From the NCBI RefSeq assembly GCF_006345805.1, contig NC_043010.1, positions 65,596,001 through 65,660,000 of the forward strand: a stretch of 64,000 nucleotides of DNA, given 5' to 3'. Under the pieces are notes generated by a model. That model saw nothing but the letters and a program-made list of their open reading frames with translations. It was not told where the DNA came from and made no database searches. A program made the position numbers and the translations under genes. This DNA is from Octopus sinensis. Lineage: Eukaryota. Numbering within the stretch: the stretch's first letter is position 1; the number at the start of each line of letters is the position of its first letter. Shown here in pieces: positions 1-14,300 of the stretch.

Positions 1-788
1 GTCTAAACAAATAATAATCTTTTTATTGTATTTCAGCCTACTAGAGATGATAGTAGGCAAGTCTTAACAAAAAAAACAAAGGTGCATTGGATAATCATCA
101 TCATCATCGTCTTTTAACGTCTGCTTTCCATGCTGGCATGGGTTGGACGATTTGACTGAGGACTGGCAAGCCAGGAGGTTGAACCAGGCTCCAATCTGAT
201 ATGGCAAGGTTTCTACAGCTGGATGCCTTTCCTGACACCAGCCACTCTGAGCGTGTAGTGGATGCTTTTTACGTACCACCAGTACAAGAGTCACATATGG
301 TTGTGATGCATGTGCCTAGTGTACCCTTATCAGACGGGTAGTCATAATGGGTATACTGGGCTTCGTATGTTTTACCCCAGTGTCACTTTGATGGCATGCA
401 CTGCTCTCTAATTCTTTCCAATTAATGCGTAAGGCCAGCAATTTAGCAATTTTTAGGCCAGGGGTTACTATTTCTTTACTACCCACAAGGGGCTAAACAC
501 AGAGAGGACAAACAAGGACAGACGAACGGATTAAGTCGATTATATCGACCCCAGTGCATAACTGGTACTTATTTAATCGACCCCAAAAGGATGAAAGGCA
601 AAGTCAACCTCGGCGGAATTTGAACTCGGAATGTAGCGGCAGACGAAATACTGCTAAGCATTTCGCCCGGCGTGCTAATGATTCTGCCAGCTTGACTGAT
701 ACTTTATTTGATGACCCTCGTCATGAAGTTCACTGCTTTACAAATAGCATTTAATCTGTGTGTTTTTTTTCTTGCTTTATAATTGCAG

Positions 789-903
789 ATCAACTTCAGG
801 GCTTTGTTTCCTGACATGGAACAATCTTTCAAAAGTAGCTACAGATGCTATTCTGTCTCATTAATGAGAGAGCGAGAACGGGATGTGGAGAAAGGTGGCA
901 AAA
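789..903 (+). CDS. UFD1: UFD1 coding exon (115 nt)
   Basis: ttgcag|ATC...GGCAAAA|gtaagt; YRCYSVS...DVEKGGK. Confidence 0.93.
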
Positions 904-3436
904 GTAAGTATTTTACTTTCATCTTTATTTCGGTTTAAATTTTGAGTATTTTATTGGTGTCAGCCTATGAACTGTGGCCATACTGGAGCACCATCACTAT
1001 CAATGGTATTTTGTTAATTATATCAAACCCAGCACTTGTGATACTGGTACTTACCAATTCTAGAAGTATGGAAGGCTGTTAATAATTATTTTCTAATTAT
1101 TTTTATAATGACTTATTACTCAAATGTTAAGTTATGGCTATCTGGTAAAAAAACTTTGCTTAGTAACCATGTGGTTCCTGGTCCAGTCCCACAGCACAAT
1201 ACCTTGAGTGTCTTCTTCTGGAGCTTTGGTTTAGCCACTACTTTCACATTGGAATTTGGTAGGAAAAAACTGCAGAATCCACCATGTGGATTCTGCAGTG
1301 TGTGTGTGTGTCACATTGCTTGCCAACAGGTGTTGGTTTGTGTATGTCCCTCATAACTTAGTGGTTTTGCCAAAAAGTACCGCTGTAATGTGTATGAGAT
1401 TTTAAATATAAACTGGTGTTGATTTGCCTGACTAAACTCTTCAAGTCAGTGCCCCAGCATGGCCACAATCCAGTTACTGAAACAAGTAAAAGAATCAAAG
1501 CATACATAGACAGTGGTCTCCAGAACACTTTTCTGACTCACTAATTTCTATCATTTAAAGGGAATTGAAATGTTTTAGGATGCTAACCACATGGTTCCAG
1601 GTTCAATCTCACTGGGTGGCACCTCAAACAAGTATCTTCTATTATAGCCTCAGGCCAACCATAGCCTTGTGAGTGGAATTACTAGACGGAAACTGAAAGA
1701 AGCCAATCATATATATATATATATATATATCATCATCATCATCATCATCATTTAGCGTCCGTTTTCCATGCTAGCATGGGTTGGACGGTTCTACTGGGGT
1801 CTGTGAAGCCAGAAGGCTTCATCAGGCCCAGTCAAATCTGGCAGTGTTTCTACGGCTGGATGCCCTTCCTAACGCCAACCACTCCGTGAGTGTAGTGGGT
1901 GCTTTTTACGTGCAAACGGCCACGAACGGATGGTGCTTTTTATGTGCCACCGGCACGAGGGCCAGGCGAGGCTGGCAACGGACACGAAACGGGGCGGTGC
2001 TGGCAACGGTCGCGAAATGGAAAGTTCTCTTACATGCCACCGGCACTGGTAACACATCTGCAATTTCCATTGATCGATTTCGATTCTGATCCTCACTTAC
2101 CTCAATGGGTCTTCACAAGCAGAGTTTCGACATGCCACCGGCACTGGTAGCACATCCGCAATTTCCATTGATCAATTTCGATTCTGATCCTCACTTGCCT
2201 CAACACGTCTTCACAAGTAGAGTTTTGTGTCCCAAGAAGGGAGGTATGCATACGTAGGCTGGCTCCATCCCATGTAGAAGGCCACGGGTTGTGGACTCAC
2301 TTGTCCTGCCGGGTCTTCTCGCGCACAGCACACTTCCAGAGGTCTCGGTCTCTAGTCATTTCCTCAGTGAGACCTAAAGTTCGAAGGTCGTGCTTCACCA
2401 CCTCGTCCCAGGTTTCCTGGTCTGCCTCTTCCACAGGTTCCCTCAACCGCTAGGGTGTGGCACTTTTTCACACAACTATCTTCATCCATTCTCGCCACAT
2501 GACCATACCAGCGCAAACGTCTCTCTTGCACACCACAACTGATGCTTCTTAGGTCCAGCTTTTCTCTCATGGTACTTACACTCTGCCGAGTGTGAGTACC
2601 GGCATTACACATCCATCGGAGCATACTGGCTTCATTTCTAGCGAGCTTACACATATCCTCAGCAGTCACGGCCCATGTTTCACTGCCGTGTGTGTGTGTG
2701 TGTGTATGTATATATACACATATACGTATATATATATATTAAGAGTAGAAATTAATATTATTAAATAATATCAATTTCAACCAGTGGTCAGCATACTTAA
2801 AAAATGTCCAGTTTGATGTCTATTTTTAGCATATAAGGGATCCGCATAGTGGTCTCCCCTATTGTTTATATATATGTGTGTGTGTGTAGGCGCAATGGCC
2901 CAGTGGTTAGGACAGCGGACTCGCAGTCATAGGATCGTGGCTTCAATTCCCAGACTGGGCGTTGTGAATGTTTATTGAGTGAAAACACTTAAAGTTCCAC
3001 AAGGCTTCAGCAGGGGGTGGTGGCGAACCCTGCTGTACTCTTTCACCACAACTTTCACCCTTTCTTCCTGTTTCTGTTGTACCTGTATTTCAAAGGGGCC
3101 AACCTTTTCACACTCTGTATCACGCTGAATCTCCCCAAGAACTATGTTAAGGGTACACGTGTCTGTGGACTGCCCAGCCACTTGCATGTTAATTTCATGA
3201 GCAGGCTGTTCCGTTGATTGGATCAACTGGAACCCTTGTCGTTGTAACCGACGGTGTGCCGTAGTACTATATATATATATATATATAAAACATTATTGAA
3301 ATTAAAACGTTGCACGGTTGCAACGCCAGATGGTTGTACCTCCAACCGTGCTGTTCACTGCTGTGATTTTTGCTACTAAGGTATCGGTTAAACTTTTGAT
3401 TAATCTACTACAAGATTATTCATCTTTCTATTTCAC

Positions 3437-3478
<42 letters not shown>

Positions 3479-5283
3479 TTTTCCATGTTAATGGTAAACA
3501 AAGGATAATTCATTCATCCAATTATATATATATATATATATATTAATAATGATAATATAATAACAAAAGAATGAATGAGACCTCGTTATTATGTAAATAG
3601 AGGAATTTATCTATAATTATAATATGTGGCAATTAGTTGTCATTATAAAACTCAGAGTTTTGGATGCCAGGGCTGAAGTCTGCTCCAGCATCTGAAACTC
3701 TTGAGTTTTATTATGACAACTAACTAATTGTCACATATTATATTTATATATATGTAGGCATGTATGTATATATATATGTATGTATGTATCTGTGTGTGTG
3801 CCCCCCACCCCACCGCTTGACAACTGGCGTTGGTGTGTTTATATCTACCGTAGCTTAGCAGTTCAACAAAAGAGACCAAAAGTACCAGTCTTTAAAAAAA
3901 AACGTCCTGGAGTTAATTTGTCCAACTAAAACCCTTCTGGACAGTGCCCCAGCATGGCCGCAGTCAAGTGACTGAAACATACAGAAGCAGAAAGTTTATA
4001 ATCTCCTCTAATGTTGACGTCTTCTCGAGAAATGAAGTGATTTGTGGTGCACCTGAGCACTGTATACAATAATTTCATTATTATTATTATTATATATATC
4101 ATCATCATCATCGTTTAGCGTCCGCTTTCCATGCTAGCATGGGTTGGACGGTTCAAATGGGGTCTGGGAAGCCAGAAGGCTGCACCAGGCCCAGTCTGAT
4201 CTGGCAATGTTTCTACGGCTGGATGCCCTTCTTAACGCCAATCACTCCGTGAGTGTAGTGGGTGCTTTTTACGTGCCACCGGCACAGGTGCCAGACGAGG
4301 CTGGCAACGGCCACGAACGGATGGTGCTTTTTACGTTCACTGGCACGGGGGCCAGGCGAGGCTGGCAACGGCCACGAACGGATGGTGCTTTTTACGTGCC
4401 ACTGGCACGAGGCCAGTCGGGGCGGCGCTGGCAACGGCCACGTTCGGATGGTTCTCTTACGTGCCACCAGCACTGGTATCACAGCTGCAATTTCCATATA
4501 TATTTGTATTAAACATAATTTATTTTTCTCTTTCAGTTATTATGCCAACATCAGCTCTTGACAAATTGAGTAAGTATGATTTAACTCTTTCATGTCCATG
4601 CTTCCAACACATAATCTGGGTTTTATTTTTCTTGTACATGTTCATGTATTATTTGTTTGTTTCTCTCCTCTTCATTTATTTGGCTGGGTTTTTTATTGAT
4701 CTAACTACCAATACATACAAGGTGGCCCCAAAGTAGGTTTACAGTTATTCAACTTTCTCTTTCACTTTCATATATTAACAGTTTAGACCTTAATTATAAA
4801 AAAAAAATATGAAACCGTTATTCTATGCTAATTTAGTTAATTTTGTCAAGTTCCCTTTTCGGTTTGTAAAATAGGTATTAAAAGAAATTTAAAGTGCCTA
4901 CATGATAACTGTAAACCTACTTTGGGGTCACCTTTTGTGTGTGTGTGTGTGGGACAACAGGTTGGAAATGTTTTAAATGTTTATTCATATACATATAATT
5001 TTGTTTAAATAAAACAAGTTCATTTCACATAGAAAATGTTTTTGTGTAACAGTTTTGCTGAAAATATATTAATATATATTTTCACAGTGTTGTGTTTGAT
5101 ATTTATATCACAAAAAAAAGGGGTTGAGATAGAGAAGCAAGGTTATATGTTACTTTGAGGTTTTTGTTAGAAAAGAGAAGCAAGTAATATTTTGAATGCA
5201 GAATTGCTGTAAAAACAGCAGAAAAATTTTGTATTATTGCCCTTGCAAGACAGAAGGAAGTTGTCAACAAGCAGTCATGAGAC

Positions 5284-5338
<55 letters not shown>

Positions 5339-8300
5339 GTTGTGAGTGTTTATTGAGCGAAAATACCTATAGCTTCACGAGGCTCCAGCAGTGGGGAGGA
5401 GGAGGGCTGCTGTACTCTTTCACCACAATTTGCTCTCACTCTTTCTTCATATTTCTGTTGTACCTGTATTTCAAAGGGCCGGCCTTGTCACACTCTGTGT
5501 CATGCTGACTCTCCCCGACAACTAGATCAAGGGTACAACGTCTGTGGAGTGCTCGACCACTTGCATATTAATTTCACGAGCAGGCTGTTCTGTTGATCGG
5601 ATCAACTGGAACACTCATTGTCGCAACCGACAGAATGCCAACAACACACACATATGTACACACATATATATATGTGTGTGTGTAAATTTACTTAGTAGAC
5701 ATTCAAACATGTCCAATTTCTTCATTGTGCCATATATGTCTGCATCACTTGACCAATCACTGAGAAACACATAGCTAATCCATTTATATACTCATCACAA
5801 CTTGTAGCTCCTGAAAATCCTAGATCTACTAATTTACCTAGTCCAGGTGTTTGACACTTCATTTAATATCAGAGCTACATCACATTATTCCTGAATGAAA
5901 ATTATTTTAATGCTTTTGTTTTGCTAAACGTTTAGTTTGTCATTGCTTAATGTTGCTCTTCAAATGTTTTTTTTATTTCTTTTTCCCCCCTCTTTTTAGC
6001 CCGGACGAAGATCATGTATCCTATGCTGTTCAAGCTTAGTAATGTTGAGAAAAACCGGCATACACACTGTGGTGTTTTAGAGTTTGTAGCTGATGAAGGA
6101 CTTGTTTATCTACCATATTGGGTAAGCCTGCAGATTTTTGCCCTCAATTAAGATATTTTAACCTCTCAACATACACATTTTTTTTCAATTTACATGCAAA
6201 AAGTATATTTTTTTATTACTTATTTTGAATCTGTATATAAGGAAGAATAAGTACATAAATTATTTTGGATTAGTAATGATTTATTATGAAGTTATTGATA
6301 GAAATGATAATTACTGATAGTTAATGATAGAAAACAGGAATAACATCACAAACGAAATATTTGGGGTTAGAAATAAGTGACAAATACCTCAGAGTACAGT
6401 GAACGTATATTTTCATTCAAATATATATTTATTTGACATCTCTGAATGAAAATATATGAGATAGTACATTAAGAGGTCAAGTCAGAAAAGATTTATTTAC
6501 ACACACATACATACACACATACAAGATTGGCCAAAAGTCACCTGACAGTAAATCAAAAGCATTTAATTCCAAGATTAAAACAAAAAGTTATTTTATATGA
6601 GACTTCGCTAATAAATAGACAAATGTGCCTATGGTAGAAAGAATTATTATTATTATTATTTATTTGTTTTATTTTTATAGATGATGAAAAATCTACTTTT
6701 AGACGAAGGAACAAAACTCACTGTAGAAAATGTCAATTTGCCTGTTGCAACGTTTGCTAAGTTCCAGCCTCAACAAACAGAATTTCTTGATATTTCAAAT
6801 CCTAAAGCTGTGTATCCTTTTAAAATAAGTTACAGGTTGTTTTTGTTTAACCCCAGGTCTACCTCAGTTCAGCAGACCTTTGCCCAAAGATTTTCACTTC
6901 AAACTATCTTTCCTTTTGTATATCTAAGACATTATTCAATTTGTCCCTCTCTTTCAAAACAGTAAGGTGAGATTTGAGAGAGATTTGGTTGTTGTTTCTT
7001 GCATGTTGTACAGCTACGTAGAAGCTTCCTCATTGGCTCATAGGTAAGCTACATTGCTATGTTATATTTACGGGCACTGAATGGAATAATCAGTGAAGTG
7101 ACAGACAAAATTCCATCAAGAGAGAACATTGCTAAATCTTTTTATATTTATTATTCAGATAAAGTTGGCCCAGGCCATGTCTAACTTAATAGCACCACCT
7201 GGGAGAGATACACAGTTGGCTCTTGGACACCATAGCCCATTCAAGCAGAAGGTTATTGGTTTCAGAGACATATCTGGATATGGGTGGTTTGTCTGGTATT
7301 TGATGAAGGTAATCATCTAGGGACCGTTTGAATGCTGTGAAATCACTTTACTCCTTTATGTGGGCTGGCACGATGTTAAAGAGAGCAGAGCCATTTGAGG
7401 TGAAATAGTTCTGTCATAGTGTTGTGATACATGAACATGATTTCTGTAGTGGACGGATGGCACAGGGGCCAAGCCTTGGATGAATTTTAAAGATGATGCC
7501 TATCTCATTTGGGCAATATTGATGGAATAATTTCCACAGATGATGTAGCATTCACAGCAGCATTGGAGGGAGTAAAGCCTGAACATTTTGAGTCAAGTCT
7601 TGTCATGTCATCTATTTTTTTGCTGATTGATTTCTGGGGAGCTTCAATTTTTCATAATATCCTGTATCATATGGGGAACCCCAGCGAACAGCAGTATTCA
7701 AGGTGAGGGCGAGAAAAACTAGAGAAAAGTCGAATAATAGAAGTGTCTATAGAGTGGAAAGTCCTAAGGATCCAGGAGCATGCCCTGCAAACCATGTCAG
7801 CTTTGCTGTTTATGTGAGCACTCCAGTTTATATTGTTGTCAACAGTATTCTCCATGACAAACGATCTTTACTGTTTATCATTATGGGCAATCAGACAATA
7901 TATGTATAAATTAATAGAAGGTGTTGAGAGGGTATATATGTTAAAGGGTAAAGACCCCCTTTGATCATAAATGACCATGGGATTGCACCTAGAAAGTTAC
8001 CCTCCAAGCCACAAGTCCAGGCAAGGTTGTTTATGGAAGACCAGCAGTCGCCCATGCACACCAGCCTCCCCTCTCCACTGATGTTATCCAAGGGAAAGGC
8101 AAAGGATCCAATACAGATTGGCACCAGTGACATCGCAACTTATTTCTACAGCTGAGTGAACTGGAGCAATGTGAAATAAAGTGTTTTGCTCAAGAACACA
8201 ACATGAAGCCTGGTGCAGGAATCGAACTCACAACCTCGCAATCTTAAACTTGACGCTCTAACCACTGAGCCATGTGCCTATATATGTTGTAATTATAATT

Positions 8301-11300
8301 ATAGACATGATTGTGTGGTAAGAATCTTGCTTCCTATCCACATATTTGCAGGTTCAGTCCTACTGCGTGGCGCTGTGGACAAGTGTCTTCTACCATAGCC
8401 TCAGACCAACCAAAGCCTAGCAAGTGGATTTGGTAGACGGAAACTAAAGGAAGCCTGTCATGTGTGTGTGTTTTTGTGTGTGTTTGACTTCATCATCACC
8501 ACAGCTTGACAAATGTTGCTGGTGTGTTTGTGTCCCTGTAACTTAGCAGTTCAGCAAAAGAGAGTGATAGACTAAAGCTTTTTCACGGCAGTACCCCAAC
8601 ATGGCCACAATCTAATGACTGAAACAAGTAAAGCACGAAATTTATGTAAATGATAATTTCTCCTTAATTCTTCGTGAAGGTTAGAGAATGCTCTAAGAAA
8701 CTTTGCCTGTCTTACCGTTGGAGATGTTGTTGCCATAAAATATAACGACAAGGTAAGTGTAAATACTTGACGTCTTCCATGGGTTGTCTACTTTGGTTTG
8801 GCTAAGGAAAAAATATTCTGTATAGAAGTGGGTATTGTTTTCTTCAGTGGTTTTCCTACCTTCCCTTTCACCTCCTCCGTGACTTCCTCTCACTTTACAT
8901 TCACACCTGCTCACCATCCTCCTGCACACTCCTTATCCCACACTTTTACACCTCAAGAAATCACTTCACCCCATACCACACACACACACCTTCCCCTATG
9001 CCTATATTCATACAAGGGTACCTCCCTACACATGCACACACAACGCCACTTCCTCTTCTCTAACTCCTTCTCATAGAACTACTTTCCCACCCAGCCCCTT
9101 AATCCCTTTTATTTTATCTTTCCTATCACCTTTCCTCCTGATTTTTTTCTAATTCTTTCCTTTATCTGATGAAAGACTAATGTCCAAAACATTAAACACA
9201 CTTTCCCTTCCTTTCAAGTGTTATACTCATAACACCTTTGTTAAAACTTGTCTGCTCTTTGAGAGAGTGTGTGTGTGTGTATGTATGTGTGTGTGTATAT
9301 ACATATATAAGAGACCAAAGTGTACGTATGCCACTATATAAATATATAAAATAGAAAATGGGACAAGAACACAAAACATCCAGATAGACGATACAAAGAA
9401 AACAAGGACGGGTCATTCAAAGTTTTCTTTCTTCAGTCAATCACCAGATTATCATCGCAATTTTGGCTGATTATTCTTGAGATTGCTCCAATCTGGCCAG
9501 CCCCAAGGAAAAACTAAGCTAAGAGCATTAGATTCCTTGGAAGAAAGCAGCAAATATATACAAAAACAAGGACGGAAAAAACGGACAATGTTACACAAAT
9601 ATAAAAACAATAAAAATAATAACAGGACATAACAACAGGTGTCTTTCGACTAAGGAGGAATTGAATTAAGCTGGCGCGTGTATATATTTCTGTGTGTGAG
9701 TTAGAGATTGAGAAACCAACTAAGGGATAGTACCTATCCAATATACTGCTGGTAGTGTACCCAATTATTCATACCCAAGTGTTAGTTATTGTGTGGCAAT
9801 CTCGCAATTAAGTGTTATATATGGGTGGGGGTAAAAAATAGTTTATCCTTGATTTATATGGCAAATAAGAAAGTAGAGAGGATACAAAATGGACAGACAT
9901 TAGCCAGTAAACATTCTAGTAGGTCTGTTTATTTCAATGTATTAGATGAATACATACACATTAGTAGTATAGAATATCAAATAGAAAGTGTTGGTAATTG
10001 CATGAGCAAGAGTAAATGAGCAGATTGCTAGCACCTACTGAAATCTGCTCAGTTACTCAATCGCCTGTTCCTATCTGATTAGATGCTTCTACACCCTCGT
10101 TCTTGCAATTACCAACTCTTTCTATTTGATATTCTGTACTACTAATAAATGTGTGTGTGTACATCTAATACATTGGAATAAATGTGGAGGCGCAATGGCC
10201 CAGTGGTTAGGGCAGCGGACTCGCGGTCGGAGGATCGCGGTTTCGATTCCCAGACCGGGCGTTGTGAGTGTTTATTGAGCGAAAACACCTAAAGCTCCAC
10301 GAGGCTCCAGCAAGGGGTGGTGGCGATCCCTACTGTTATCTTCGCCACAACTTTCTCTCACTCTTTCTTCTGCTGGCCTGCTTGCTTAGCCAGCGGGGTG
10401 GTGTCATTTGAAGGCTAATACAATGCGAAGCACATTGTGACCAGCGTTGTGTAGCAACATCTGATAGCCTGGTCGGTCACGGTGACGGTGACATTGGAAT
10501 AAATAGACATACTAGAATGTTCACCAGTTGATGTTTGTCGATTTTGTATCCTCTCCACTTTCTTATTTGCCGCTATATGTGACCGCATGTGTATCGTTGG
10601 CGATTTTCTTTCTGTCTTCCCTTCCTTGGACCTTTCCTTTTTCTATGTTTCTGATAAAGAGCTCCACTCGAAACATTAAATCCTCCTTCTTTCTTTCCTT
10701 TCTGAGCATCCACTAACACTATACTTCTGTGTGTGTGTATATTATGATTTTTATAATCATATTATCTTATATGTATTGAATTATAATGTATATATGTATG
10801 GTCGCATTGTTGTGTTTTCATGTTTGGATTAACTTTATATATACATATATATATATGCATGTTTGTGTATGTGTGTGTATATAATGTGAATAAAGTTGTG
10901 CCAGTCAAACTCAGATAAAACCTTGGAAACATCCTCGACAGTCACTGGGGAAACAACAACAATATACGAAATATGTATTATCCAGGCATGTGCCATCAAT
11001 AATTACTCAGGGTAGGATGTTGGCACCCTTTATGTTGTAAAACATAAAAAATAAGCGAAACACTTAAGACTGAGTTGTAGGCAGATTTACTTCTGCCTTT
11101 ATAACACATAAGGAAAACGGTGTTGTAGGGGTGTATGCAGCATGTGTACTACAGCAATACTATGTATAGCTTTAATACTGAGATTGAAAGGCAGGGACGA
11201 ATTATGCCCAACTAATCTACAAAGAAATAAAATATTTTGTATTTTATGCATAGTAATCAGAGTAACCTTCATAATTTTATTGAATTAGGTGCATATTTTG

Positions 11301-14300
11301 CCATAAAAGGAAAATGTTATTATCAATCTATTTTATTAAGGGTAGGCACTGCCTACCTTGCCTACCCAGGCGACATGTCCATTCCTATTCTAAATTGTCT
11401 TTATTCTTATTGTATTTTCTCACAGATATATGAATTATGTGTCCTTGAAACAAAACCTGGTCCTGCTGTGTCAATCATTGAATGTGATATGAATGTAAGT
11501 ACCCCCATTGCTGGGGAACTTTATTGTTTCTCAAACTTTCACATGAAAGATACATTTCACTGAGAGGACATATATTATACTTTTTTATTCGTTTAGCCCA
11601 TGGTAAAAGGAGTATGCCCCTGGTTTTTTATAAGGGCTTTAAAACTTGTGGGAGAAAATTCATCCCAGACAAGAGACCGGGCCTGAATACCTGCAGTAGT
11701 GTGCATTCTGCTAAAGGCACCCAATAGACTTAGTGGTGGTGTTAAATCTATTGAACTTTTCTCACTAGTCTTTCGTCAACCCCAAGTTAGGACAGAAGAT
11801 TTTTTACCAAGACGCCATGCCTTGGGGTTGAACTCATAATCATGTAGTTGTAAAGTAATGCTTTTGCCCTTAAAATATGAAAATGAAGAAACAACCAATT
11901 TGTACTTTAAACAGATAAAATATAAAGTTAACGACATTATTTCTACGTTTAATATCCTAATTCATCATCATCATCATCATCATTTAACGTCCGCTTTCCA
12001 TGCTAGCATGGGTTGGGCGGTTCAACTGGGGTCTGAGAAGCCCGAAGGCTGCACCAGGCCAGTCAGATCTGGCAGTGTTTCTACAGCTGGATGCCCTTCC
12101 TAACGCCAACCACTCCGTGAGTGTAGTGGGTGCTTTTTATGTGCCACAGACACAGGTGCCAGATGAGGCTGGCGAACGGCCACGCTCGGATGGTGTGTTT
12201 TAATTAGAGAATAGAATAAAGGTATTCTTGGTAACAGGTTGTCACTGGTCAGTCACTATTTCACTGCATTTCTGACAATGAAATTAAAGGGTGTGTTTGA
12301 CATTGAATGCAAAACAAATATCTCAAGGGGTTTCACTTGTAAAACACTGGTTTTTCAGTTTTCTTGTCAATGCTTATGTACATAGTTTTAGATAGCTTTC
12401 TGCAGATGAACTGTGCTACTTATTTTATTGACCCAAAAGGATGAAAAGCAAAGTCAACCTCGGCAGAATTTGAACTCAGAACATAAGGATGGACAAAATA
12501 CCGCCGAGTATTTTGCCTGGCGTGCTAACAATTCTGCCAGTTGACTAATAATAAACAAGTGAGATTGTACCCCTGTGTATGTTATTATTGGCATAATGAA
12601 CGTCCCAAAGCACAGCAAAGTTTGCTCCAACACATGATTTCACATCAAGAATCTTGCAAACCAAGCACAAAAACGAAAAATAAATTCATGTTTTTATTTA
12701 TATTTTCCTCCAGGTTGAATTTGCTCCACCTGTTGGCTATCAAGAACCTCACTCAATGCATAAAACATCTTCAGATGAAGAAGAAGATAAAGACCATGAG
12801 GTAACTTCCATAAGATATTGTTAAATGCCTGTCATATCATTCTCATCATCATCATCGTCATTGGTCAATTTTCACTTTTCCACAATTGCATGAGACACAG
12901 AATTTTTTTGAGGAAGATTTTCGACAGCTCAGTGCCCCTTTCAACACCAACCCTCACCTGTTTCCAAGCAAGATAATATTATTCCTCCATGGTCAGACTT
13001 GTTTTCACAGGATATTGGGAAATGAATGACACTGCTTGTATGACAGTGACGCTCATTTACGGCTATCACACAATGTCAGGACAAGGAGACACAACCATAC
13101 ACGCACTCATAATGACACACACACACACATATATGTATTTATACATACACACACACACACACACACATAATGTAGAATGAGCTTCTTTTAATTTTATCAT
13201 CTGTTCACAAGGTATTAGTCAACCTGAAGCCATAGTAGGAGACACTTGCCCAAGGTGTACACTGTGGGATTGAACCTGGGACAGTGTCATCAAGAAACAA
13301 ATTTCTGAACCACACAGCCATACATGTACCTTATCAGTGATTGGCAAATATTTCAGTTACATTCGTTTCTTTTCACATGTTTTTATGATAATAATAATAA
13401 TAATAATAATGAAATTATTGTATACAGTGCTCAGGTGCACCACAACTTGTCAGAAAGTGCATATAAAGTACATGCAGTAATGTAAAAATGTCTGGAAAGC
13501 GAACAATATGAGTCAGATACATGCTTGTGTGTGTATGGAGGGGAGAAAATCAAGCGTAGTGTTGGCGAATCTCAGAAAGCACGGAAGTTTTGAAGAATGC
13601 AGTGCTCCGACAACTAACAACTGATGCCGGCAGTTTGTTCCATGCTTCAGCAACTCTCAGCGTGAAAAAATGTTTCCTGAAGTCATGGGAGCTATGCTGT
13701 TTTCTGACTTTGTAAATATGTCCATGGGTGTTAGATGGGTGGAGTTTGAAAAGGTGCTCAGAGTTATTGTTTGTACGATGGTTGATAATTTTATGGGTGT
13801 CTGCCAAGTCAGCTGCCAGACGTCGGAGTTTCAATGTGTCCATGCCCAGGGAAGTAAGGCATGAGGAATGATGGGACTTCTTCTGCAATAATGGAAAAGA
13901 CCTCATGCAGGAGAATCATCTTCCTGTATACTGTTGGAGAGGGCTTCAAGTCTGAGAGGAAAACTCTTCTTTGTTACATTATGGGATTAAACCTAGATCT
14001 ACATGGTTGTAAAGCTTTTTAACTATACTGGCAGAAGAAGCATAGATTATCTAAAAAAATATCCGGTCTGTTTATAAATTATCTCATTATCTAATGTCTA
14101 AAGATAAACAAACTGTTATTTAGCCCCTGGTAAGTCTTAACTTCCCACACATAGAATCAAAGGTGCTCCTGTAGTCGGAGATTTTCTTGCTATGACAAAG
14201 GCATCTTCCTCACAGACATGCTACACTCAGATTCACTTTGTCCTAAACATCATTATATCTTCATACTCTTTTTACTCTTTACTCTTTTGCTTGTTTCAGT

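Noticed and set aside
1-788. UFD1 start-codon exon
   Set aside because: The region is occupied by LINE/SINE copies; no credible ATG-donor found, so it is presumed upstream of the window.
9405-9445. Hammerhead-like CUGAAGA on the minus strand
   Set aside because: It is followed by GAAU rather than GAAA, with no convincing stems.
10185-10260. tRNA-like sequences (also 2888, 16978, 40897, 52683)
   Set aside because: They are SINE heads: A/B boxes continue into SINE bodies with TSDs, with no complete acceptor stem.
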